64,000 nucleotides of DNA, from the NCBI GenBank assembly GCA_905178155.1, contig CAJINV010000013.1, forward strand, positions 2,174,281-2,238,280. The letters are read 5' to 3'. Made by a program: the position numbers and the translations under genes. Origin of the DNA: Amoebophrya sp. A120 (Eukaryota; Protista; Dinoflagellata). Under the pieces are notes generated by a model, which worked only from the letters and a program-made list of their open reading frames with translations, searched no databases and was not told the DNA's origin. Shown in pieces: positions 52,164-62,589 of this stretch (position 1 is the stretch's first letter; each line of letters begins with the position of its first letter).

Positions 52164-55100
52164 TCATGTTCCCAGCAGCGCCGCCTGCAAGCCCGCTTGG
52201 TCGATGGTTGCGCCCTGCAAATTTTGGTTGTTCATGGACATTTCCTTGCTCATGGTGGCGATCACTTGCTTCAGCCGTGAGAGTTCCTTGCTTTCTTGCT
52301 GCTTCGACACGTTGTTTGTGATCAACTTCGCGCGACTCGCGTAGTTCATGGTGCCCATGGATTCCTCGGCGTTACTGGCCGCCGGGGAGCAGTTGGCGAA
52401 CATCAGCGTCTTCGCGTTCCCCCCGAGCGAGTCCGACATCAGCTCCGTCAGCTTGTGGTTGCGGTACGGAATCTGCGGATATTATTTTTAGTGCTTGGAA
52501 ATGCACTATTTTGGTACATTTTACCACCAGAAGATGGATCTTGGTTCCTATTATCTTCGCATGACAGACGGAGGCTTCAATCATGCTAATCAAGCTACAT
52601 CTTTATCTTTTCCTGTGCTTCGTGACGAAAGTAGAGATGAAAGCAATGACAGTACGTGTTTCGCTTTGCTCGTGAGCGCCTCGATGATATCAAAAGGAAA
52701 AATCCCCCCTCCCCATATTGACAAGGTACGTTTTCGAAAATTTGCGTTGCTGATTTGTGACCACAAATCGTCTCTGTGTTGCATCAAGGCAACTGCACAG
52801 GCTCCGCCGCATTCTACAGGCGGTTTGTCATGCTCATGCTCCTACAGCATAAACGTCTGCCATGCTAAGCGCCTAGGCCAAAACCTGTCTTCTCAGGCTT
52901 GATATGGGCCTGCAGTTCTCGCCAGCAAGACAAGTCGGATTTGTGTACGCAAATCCAGCATCAGAATCGTCGTTGTGATATGTGGAGGGGGGATTTTTCC
53001 TTTTGATAGATGACATCCCCCAAGGCGGTTAGCGATTTGTTGATCGCCATCGCCTCCTTGGCCTGCTCGCCGGTCGCTTCGGACTTTTTCAGCCGTTCGC
53101 TCCCCGCCAGGTCGACGAGCGAGATCTTTCCCAGGGCCGTGGTTTTCTTGGATCTGTTGTAGACTTCCAGCAGAATGGTGGTGATCAAATGTGAACGGGA
53201 CGAGTCGGTGTTCATTTTGGTCGCCGCCGTGTGCCGCTTCTCCATGCCGCGATCGAGCCACATCTGGATATGCACTGCAAACATGTTTGACTCTGGAAAA
53301 GCGGAACTTGTGTTGCCTGTCCCGCACAGCTGATAAAAAATCTGTATTTTCTTTCCGGCAAAGAAAGCGCAACTTTCTTCGCGATGCAAAAACGCAGAAT
53401 GTCACCTCTGTGACGCATGAGACAGCAGCAAATGAACTTGTCATGCTTGGCTGCACTTGAAAGCACCAGAAACATAGGACGTTCGCATCACAAATGTCCA
53501 GGTGGGTGCCTAGACATATTTGCAGTTCATACTGGAGTTCCTCTGCCGATTGCACCTCCATCTCCGAGACGTTCTCGATGTAGATGGTCCCGCGTATGAG
53601 TTGCAAAAGTACAATTGCGCTCGTAGTAATTGCAGACATGCCCGACAAACCGCCTTCCTAAACTTCTAAAACCGCATTTACAAATTCCAGCATCTGTATC
53701 TGTCATACTAAGCTTTTTTGTAAATGGAATTTACACGAGAAGTGCGATACTTTTGCGAGGGATACCGCGCGAGTCCCGCTTGATCTCTAGCTGTCCGGGT
53801 GATTTCTTCTTGCCGTGCAGCAGCAAGTCGGCAAGTTCGTCGCGGTACACCTCCACCATGTACACTTTCACCTGTAGCAGCGATTCGCTGTGCACTACTC
53901 TGAACAACATGAAGGTGATACAGCTGTGCAAATGGTTCTCTATTGATTGTCATCGGACGATTTTTTTCCAAGTGCCAGAACGATACCCAAGCAACTACTA
54001 GCTTTCCTAGACTGCTGGACCACGTAGTTCAACACATTTTATACCTTGATCTCGTAGCGGTTGCTATTTTTCGTTTTGATAGTGAAAATTTCTTTAATCG
54101 TTCGTGGCACTAGCCCCGCCTGTTCGCCCTCGCCGCCGTACATCGTGTGGGTTTTGCCTGCGCCCGTCTATGCATTGCAAACATCGGTCTGGGTCAGGAA
54201 GTTTTTTTTGTAATGCGCGGCCAACAAATCTGTGACTCCCACGTTGACATGTGACGCACGTAGCGTAAGCGCGGTGTGGCTTCTTTGTCACGACGCAATG
54301 CCGCGACTACTTCTCATGCGGAGTAGTAGGCGACATACAGCTACTAAATCAAAATTCGTCTCGCGCGGCCGTGCATTGCCCGCTGCTTCTCATCATCCTT
54401 CCACATGGTACCAGCATGACAACTTTCCAGACGACCCAGACACATTTGCATTTGGTATCGTTTGCCCGTACGCAAAAATGGTGATGTTGTAGCCGTCTAC
54501 CGCGGATTGGATCAGATCCTTGCGATATCGGGAGAAAAAACTGGCCCAGTCTCAACTTGGAATGCGGAAGCCCCTTGGAATGCAGTTTTTCTGATATGCT
54601 AAAATAAAATCGAAGAATAAAGTAGACACCTGTTCCACCACATGCAGGTTTGTTCTCTTGCTAGTTGAATAAGCATCCGAGGTTTATTTGTCTAAGTCCT
54701 CATCCAGCTTCGCGAATTTGTGTTGCTCGGCACTGAGTGGTCCCTTACCTAGTATGGTAATGCAAGGGCTTAAGTGGATGAAGACATTTTTTTTCTCCTC
54801 CTGGGATATGCAATCTCGGAACACCTGCTCCTGTGTGTTGTTGTGGTCAAAGATCCCGTCGAAAGTGTATTCCTTGTTTTCCCGCCTTTCCGCGCGCTTC
54901 AAATTCACGGAGAACTCGTCCAGCTTACTCAGCCACTGCTCTTCGTTGTCGTTTTTCTCTTTGGCGATCAGCGGCCGAACCCGCGCGTACACCCGAATCG
55001 CGCCCTTCAGCTCCTGGATTTGGTTGTGGTACTTCCGTCGGATTTATCACAGTGCACAGCACCTCCCCGCCCTCCCGCGTTTCACTTGTACGCATTTATG

Positions 55101-58100
55101 CAAAAAACGAATAGTGCTCGGTGTTTCACTATTGTGCATGACAAGTGTCGGGGTGATGTTGATCTCTATGTCAAACAGCACTGCACTCCAAGTGTCATTC
55201 ACTTGTCATGCGCAAAGAACTGCAGTGCAATTCGTTGCTTTTGCTTCTATTGCTGTAGGCCGGATGCAAAAATGCGAGTAAACAGGAGGGGGCTCTTGTC
55301 CTCATTGTGCACTCGGATACTATTGCCTGTTCCTCCGCAAACATGTGTTCTAGCTGCACGTTCCGCTGCTCGAGTGGCTTCAGCGCGCGCTCGGCTCGCT
55401 CCGCGCGCTCGGTATACTCCTCCAGCGCGTGCAGGCCCTTCTTTGCGCGATTTAACTCGGACTCCGCGTTTTCCAGCGACGTTTTCAGCTCTTTCACTTC
55501 GGCTTCCAGGATCCGTATCCTCTCCTTCTTGGAATCCAGGTCCGACTGCAGCTGCCTGGTTTCCCGCGCCTTGTCCTCGCGCGCTTTGGATAAATCCGCT
55601 TTGGCTACCGATAACTCCGACTGCTTCTCCGTCAGACTGTTTTTCGTGGAGTGTATGCAAGAGAAAAAATCTGTAGTGTAAGTGTAAATCTGCGAAGACG
55701 CGGAAAATAAATCGACGCCCAAGTAGATTTGTCATGCTCGTCACGCACCGTAGAATCTTGACTTCGAAGAGATACTATCTGTGACTGCGCACTCTCAACA
55801 ACATGAGACAACTTTTCGCTGTCATGCCACGTAAACTTGTACTTCTCGTTCTTACTGTTCCTCCAACAACAATAAACTTACACTACTAGCACACTTTTTT
55901 CCTTCCATAGACTTCAGGTCGTTTTCGATGGTTTGCAGCTTCACGGTCATATCCCACAGAAAAAAGCTGGCAGGGCATATTTGTAATGCAAAAATAAATA
56001 CGAAGAAAAATCTGTCATGGGCGGCCTCATAACATGCTCGTTAGGATACACAATACAAATTTTTTCTATTTGTATTTTGTCTATTTATTTTTGCATTACA
56101 AATATGACCTGCCAGTTTTTTTCTGTGTGATAGGTCAGGGCGGCCACGTCGCCAGAGGACTTCTGCTCCGATTTTTTCACCAGTTGCTCCGTGATTTCTT
56201 CGTTTAGCTTCTTCAGTCGCTCCTTTTCGTCTTCTAGTTTTTTCTTCCACTGATCATCCTTTTCCTGCAGTTGCTGCTCCAGTTTCTTGATTTGCTGCTG
56301 CTGCGCTTTTATTCACTGCAAAGGTAGCGTACTAGCTGAACAAGTCGCAAGATCAATTTTCCCGAAAGGAAAAACGGAATTTGTATTGATGCACAAATTC
56401 ACATAGAGAGCGTGGTTGCTCATATAGTACTGCAATTTCTCAGTCAGTATTGCGATTTACGAGTTCGCCAATAGTGCGTTTGCGGTGCATAGTTTTGTCC
56501 TGTTCGTTCTGCTTATTCTGAAACTCCCGCTCCTGGTCCCGGCGCTGCTGCGACACTTGGGACGCCAGTTCCTTGTTCGCCTTCGCGGTGGTCTCCGCAG
56601 ATTTCAACTCCGCCTGCACTTTTTCCAATTGTCGCTTCAGCTCGCGGTTATCGTTCGAGAGTTTCTGATTCTCTTGCTGCAGCTCGGCGGCGATTGTGGA
56701 AGCCTGATAATCGTTCCTTATCTTACATCAAGGTTTGTTTGTGTGTGTGCATCTGTTGTACTCACACTACATCCGATGCATAAGTCTAAGAAAATGGCGA
56801 GTTAAGATCTTCGAGGCTTCATTCTGATGCACTGTGCGAAACCTCGCAAGAAAAGCAAAAGCTCCAGAGTGTTTGACGCAGAAAAGAAAAAGAACATTTC
56901 TATCCGCAGGAATACCTTCACCGCCGCCTGCTTCTTCTCTTCGTCCTCTTCCCGGGGCGTTTCGGCTTCTTCCAGGATATGCATCGCAAATTTAGGTCTG
57001 GCGTTCTAGAAGAACAAAGCGAATTGAATGTGATTCGGGAGCTGCTTCCCCTGTGATTCCCCTGGACCTGGATCATACAAAAATCTGTGTTGCATGAGGA
57101 GCAGCGGACAGTGCATTTCTCATGCTGGACAGGCAACATCAGCGCGTCCTCTTCTCCTGATGAAAGGAGCCGTGAAGATGCCACTGCAAGACCATCACGG
57201 ACATGCCGGCTGATGCAAGGTCTGAATGGCACCATTAGAGATCCAAAACACCCAGACTATATATTCATTCTTGCAATGCATACATAATAAACGCGTCCGA
57301 CTTGCGCTTGTTCTGGTTTGCCCGGGGTGTTTCCTGATCCTTGGCTTCTTTCATCTCCCGCTCCTTTCTTCTTTTCTTCAGGACCGACGTATCCAGGAGA
57401 ACAGAAGTAACGCACACCCGCATCATATTCAAAAATATTAATATTTGGCATGCGGTTTTCTTGTTGTGTAACCGAAAACCAAAAGGAAACCACTGCTGAC
57501 TGCGCAGCATGAAAAACAACTTGGGCACCACGACGTTGATCTTTGTGAACCTCCTAGTCCGCATTACAATCTCACAACTCTTTGAACGAAAAACAGTATG
57601 ACAAAAGTCATCTTTTTCTGTGGTGCGGATGGGATGTAAGTACTTTTCAGCACGATACGCCTGTCGGGCCGCGGGCTTGAGTTTCGTCACCGAGGTGAAT
57701 TGGTCAAGAAATTCCATAACGGGGTCAAGCTCCGCCACCCCGCTGCTCTTGCTTTTCTTCGCTTGCAGAACGCGGCGCACGGTCTGTATCGGCGTCAGGT
57801 TTCCGGCGTCTTTCACCCACGGGTCTGCGCCAACGGAGCAGAGCAGCTGCAGGGCGTAAAGCGCACCGTCCAGCTCCGCATACGCACCAGCGAGGTGGCA
57901 GGGACTCACGTCCCAACGGTTGCACTTCCGCGCGCATCCTGTGCAAAACCGTGGTCGGTAAAAGGCGCCACACAGCTACACGATGGGGTGAATTGTGCTA
58001 TACAAATCCACAAGCTCAAGTGCAAGTTGTTCTGTGTGTATTGTGAGTAAGTCACGCATGATCAAAAGTTCCTGTCTGCAGTGTCGTTGTGGTTGCTGCC

Positions 58101-61100
58101 AGTTGTGACGTAGCCGCATCGGCATCACTACACTATCTTATCCACGTCAACGCACGACAAATTTTTCCGAAACCGCAACAGCACCAAATGCCTTTCTTCG
58201 TCTCCGTCGTGCGGACGGCGCACGAGACACGTAGTTCTGGGCATTATGCACATTCGATGCACAACAAGTGTGACGTAGCGGCCAAGGTTTTTGCACCGGA
58301 TAGCGAGTCTATCGTATGAAAAAACTGTCTCACTATGCATGCTTCCTATGGGAAAAACAAAAACACAGGATCTAAAAAAACTTACTGTCTTGCATTTGTA
58401 GCAAAACAACCGCTTCTGTGTTGCATCCTCTGCATCCCAAGTTCACAGTGAAACATTCTTTTCCTTGGATAGCGTCCGCCTGCTTCTCGACAAGGTACTC
58501 GATTGTCTGGACCTGGGAGGTTTGGAAAAAAGCTGTGTGTATGGCGAACGGTAGTCTAAAATCTGTATTGCGCAACTCGGACGCCAAAGCCACTGTGTCA
58601 TGCGAAGACTACTGATGTTATAGCATTTCTTTTACCTGGTGGTAGCAGCACGCGAAAATGAGCGGCGTGTTGCCGTCGGCATCCTCGGCGTCGACGTTTG
58701 CGCGGCTCTGCACCAGAATTTCCACCAGCTCGCTGTTGGCGCTCGCGGCGAGGTGCAGGGGCGACAACTCGTGTACCGTGGGGATGTTGCAATTGGCCTT
58801 CGCGTCCAGCAGAAACTGCACTACTTCAGGGTAGTTGCAAATCGTGGCCACGTGGAGCGGCGTCAGTTGCCCCGCGGTGGCGTGCAGCCGCTTTATCAGG
58901 TCCGGGTCGGCCTCTATCATCACCTCGACCGCGTCTATGGACCCGCGCCAACACGCGATGTGGAGACTGGTGGCAGCGCCGTAGGGGTTCAGTAAGTTCA
59001 CCACGTACTGCACTAACCGGACAAGATTGCGCATGGCTGAGAGGGGATTTTTTTAGGTGTCTTTCTTGCAACAAAGAAAAACAAAATCCACTACTTAATA
59101 ATTTTTAGCGTCACAACGATCGAGGTAGAAATTTTATAGATGCAAAGCTCCTTCTTTGGCACTGATAATTAGATACGAAAATACAATGCAGCACGAAGGT
59201 CTCGGCAAGCTTTTCGTTCCACTGCGCCAGGGGATCCTCCTCCTGCGACGAGTGTGCAGAGTTCATGCTGCTCCGTCGCGAGGGCACCATTTGGTTATTG
59301 ATTCCGCCATTTTCGTATGCATTGCAAATCTGTCTTGGTCAACATGATGCCAACTTTCGACCGTCCAAAAACCTGGAAAATCTGCATAAAAAACCGCTGC
59401 AATCTTCCAGACCCAGACATGTTTGCAATGCCTATTTCTGGGCTGCTGGTCTGTTTGTAGTTGAGATCCAAGCAACTGCTGGGGAGCCATCCCTGCGCCC
59501 CTTCGTTGGATTCGCACCAAATCCAGCCATACTCCTCCGCGTGACTGGTGTCCAGAACCGTCACCACATCGTTTTTTCTAGCGGCGATTTGATTATCTCC
59601 CTGGGGAACGAAGCCCGCAATGACAAGTGCGACGGCGGGTATGCAGTGCAAACATTGCTGGCTCGTCGTGGTGATGTATTTTTATTTTTAAATATGCACA
59701 CTGTAGCGCCATAGTTACACTCGTCAAGAACCTCCGGTACTTCCGCAAGTTGCTTGCGCCGTCCGGGGTTCTCCTAGTGTAGTTTGAAGATTTATTTTGC
59801 CTAGCATCGATCTCTTTTACTCATGCAACCGTAATTCTTACCGTACGCCAAAACGACACTTTGCAGCTTTTTTTACTCGCCGACGTGCTGCGCTCACTCT
59901 TACACCAACCACGACTAGCTCCTTGTAAATGGTCTTGCAACACATAAAATCGTCCTGGTTGCTGTTGCCCCCCGCGGCCCGCCGCAGTAGGTCCCCCTTC
60001 CCGCCCCCCGTGCTGGTGGAGGAACCGCCAAAGGTCGGTGACGGCGCGGCGTGCGTGCCGGACGCCGCGGTCGGCGAAGCTTGCGGTGACCTGCCGGAGC
60101 TGCTACTGTTGTTCCCTTTCGCGTACCGCCTGTGTTCTTACGAAAATTGCCCGGACTGTCAGTCGTGTCCGTGTGGTGAGAAAAACTCCCTTGCATAATT
60201 TTCGACCTGGACATGACCTGCACGTCAACAAAAAGGCAAAAAGTAGTCTTCCTCATCTGTCAGCGAGCAAGCAGGCGGTCATGAGTGCCATTAATAGTAC
60301 AGCGAACTGATAGAATGATACATGGTGCGCTAACTTCTGACGAGATCCGTACGCAACTGTTCCAACTAGTTCGCGAATATTAAAACTCGTTTCCACACGA
60401 GGTCCTAGGCAATTTTCATCCGCATGATAAATTCGCCGTGGGCTCCACCGAGGCGGAAAATCGGGCGGGTCGCGTGCTGCTCGATGCGGGGGTGTTGTGC
60501 GAATTCACCTGTGTCCAAGAAAAAAAGTGCCGTCTTTGGTGACGTACAACTTTTTTGGGCCGGCGCGCGGAATGTTGTTGCCGTCTGGCATGCCAGCAAA
60601 GAACATCATGCCATGTGTAGATACAATCTGTTTATGTCTACGCGAGTTCTTGTACTACCGGACCGTACAAGAACTCTTGTGGAAATAACTACTTCTGCAC
60701 GCGGCTTGCAAACAACCTGCAAATGAAATGCAGCCCAGCATGTACTATCTGTTATCCCTACACAGATATAGTTTTGGATTTCCACTTGCGCATTTCTTTT
60801 CTTGGATAATCTGCAGCGGTGATTTGTTGTTGTTTGACGTCAGGTATGGTACGCAAAGGTCGTATCGCACTCGCAGGGCAAAGGCAATTGCAAAAGTACA
60901 ACTACTCTGTGACAATAAATACTACTTGTGTCTACTGATTTCGCATGACAAGCTGCGCCAGTTTTCATCTGTGATCCTTATATGCAACAGTTTCATCTCG
61001 TCCCTACACAAGTACGACATCTAACTTTTCCAAGCCATATCAACGACCCGGGCAGGAGCTGGTCCTCTACGGGACTGGTTTTGGAGTTGTTCGTTATGTT

Positions 61101-62589
61101 CGAGCGGTTTGACCGTGGCCGCGGCTGCTGCTGCGATATCTGAAGAAGAAGTTGAGCAGCGCCATTAGTAAGTGCCTACTTGACTAGTGATCAAATCAAT
61201 TCGCAATGTTGAATCCGTGAATTTCTGGCCGTGTTTCATCAGCATAAGAAACAAAAAGTACGACTACATTTTTGCGACATCAAGAAGCGTACTAATCGCA
61301 AAAAAATCAAAGTGAAAAAATGTTTTCTGCACCTTTTCTTTCAAAATGTTTTCCAGCATGTCTTCCTCCGTTTCCTCGCTGTTCTCCTGCTCTTGTCGTG
61401 AGCTCATCATCCCAGGAAAAAAAATGTCAAGGTGCTCCAAAAAGGCACGACTTCGATTTTTTTTTGGAGATGTAGAAGTTTTCGCCAAATTGGCGAAAAC
61501 TTCTACATCTCCCCTTATTTTCGCTGACGACATCGCTTCCATTGCAGCAAGTGCAATGCTACCTATCCATCTTGCTTGCGAAAAAGCCGCTGCTCGAGTT
61601 TACAAAATGAAAAGTTTTTCCTCGTATGGAAATGGAATCGCGTTAAACCTGTGCTGCATAAGTTATTATCCAGCGTCGATCCTACTTCTGGTTCTGGCTT
61701 TTTTCTTCTGGATAATGACGTCGACTGCTTCGCTGTTATCTCGATACCCGCCACTTTCACCCAGAGCACTGGCCGCATTCGCGATCCCTCCGCTGGCCCC
61801 GTTTTGTGCAGCTGTCGTGGGGCAGTGTCAATGAGGAAAACCGTGCCCCCGCCGCACAACGAACCCACAAAACCTGAATTCCTAGCTGAGTCGCATCTGC
61901 TGTGGAAGCTAGATAGAAATTGCGCTGAAATAACCGTTGGCGGCCTTCAAATTATCCGGGGGGCGAGTTTCTTCAAAAGTGTAATCAGGTGTGCAGCCCA
62001 GTAGAGACGAATGCTGATAAAGAATCAAGTTTCTTTTTCGTACATAATTCTCCCGATCATTTCATGAAAGCGCTGTATGTTCGAGGCGACGCGGAGCTTG
62101 GCTTTTGTCAATTGATACGCTTATCTTTTTGCTGAGTTCCATGATCGAGGGAAGAAAGTCTATTAGTGACAGTTTTTCTTTGCATGACACGAGAGGTTTT
62201 TTTTCGCAGGTTGTTTCTGTTCGGCGCAATTGCAACAATTCCTCAGGAATCCTAGAGCAAGGAGGAACCTCATGATGTACAACAATGCAGCACAGGCTGA
62301 GAGCACAAAATGCTCCGAGCCTTTGTGCCCTGAAATGCAAGCACATAGCTCCTGCCTGTGTTGACACAACAAGCGCTGCATCTATCTATCATCGTGTCCT
62401 CCCTGTCCAATAACAATCTGAAAAATTTCCACTGCACTGTCACTGACCTCCTTTTCCGGTGATACCCTTGTCGGCCCGCGTTGGCTCGTATTTGTCCTCG
62501 GGATCCTGCAGCTGCGCCGCCGCGGGCTCCGGCGCGGCCCCGGCGGCGACCGCCTCTTGTTTCTTGCTCTTACTCGCGCCGCCCCCCAT
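52164..62589 (-). CDS. Kinesin-14 (KCBP-like C-terminal motor) with N-myristoylation motif, SH3 domain, ankyrin repeats and coiled coil
   Basis: MGGGASK start at 62589; SH3 at 59435-59640 (GWLPSSC); ankyrin TPLHVA/SPLHLAA/TPLIFA; motor [43 protein letters not shown]. The motor is certain; the single-gene model is inferred. Confidence 0.8.
52688..53008. mobile_element. Introner family B
   Basis: DR gatga/gatga; removal gives LGDVIEAL. Confidence 0.9.
53269..53531. mobile_element. Introner, family A-like
   Basis: TIR tatg.actgcaaa.atgt; DR ctgga/ctgga. Confidence 0.85.
53595..53764. mobile_element. Introner
   Basis: TIR tat....gcaaaagta; DR ccgcg/ccgcg. Confidence 0.8.
54169..54457. mobile_element. 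Introner family A splitting the kinesin P-loop
   Basis: DR ccgtc/tcgtt. Confidence 0.85.
54526..54808. mobile_element. Introner
   Basis: TIR tatc..ggagaaaaaa; DR tgcga/tgcaa. Confidence 0.75.
55045..55319. mobile_element. Introner in the kinesin neck
   Basis: TIR tatc..agtgcaca; DR ggatt/ctatt. Confidence 0.8.
55654..55909. mobile_element. Introner family C
   Basis: TIR containing tagtgtaagt; DR gagtg/gactt. Confidence 0.75.
55950..56132. mobile_element. Introner family F with ~50-bp TIR
   Basis: tatcccacagaaaaaagctggcagggcatatttgtaatgcaaaaataaata inverted at the other end; DR ggtca/ggtca. Confidence 0.9.
56310..57657. mobile_element. Three degenerate introners (56310-56491, 56978-57282, 57390-57657)
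   Basis: TAT...ATA ends, short TIRs, diverged 5-bp DRs; frame restored on removal. Confidence 0.65.
59316..59434. mobile_element. Short family-A introner (119 bp)
   Basis: DR tttcg/tttct. Confidence 0.8.
59640..59946. mobile_element. Degenerate introner upstream of the SH3 exon
   Basis: TIR tatg...tgcaa; DR fully diverged, but removal plus 5 nt restores frame. Confidence 0.6.
61466..61512. repeat. Perfect palindrome, 23-bp arms and 1-nt spacer, inside intron 61408-61714
   Basis: ggagatgtagaagttttcgccaa-a-ttggcgaaaacttctacatctcc. Confidence 0.9.

Noticed and set aside
61563-61868. ORF MGSLCGGG as an independent gene
   Set aside because: An alternative frame ([14 protein letters not shown]) splices in phase with the neighbouring kinesin-gene exons.
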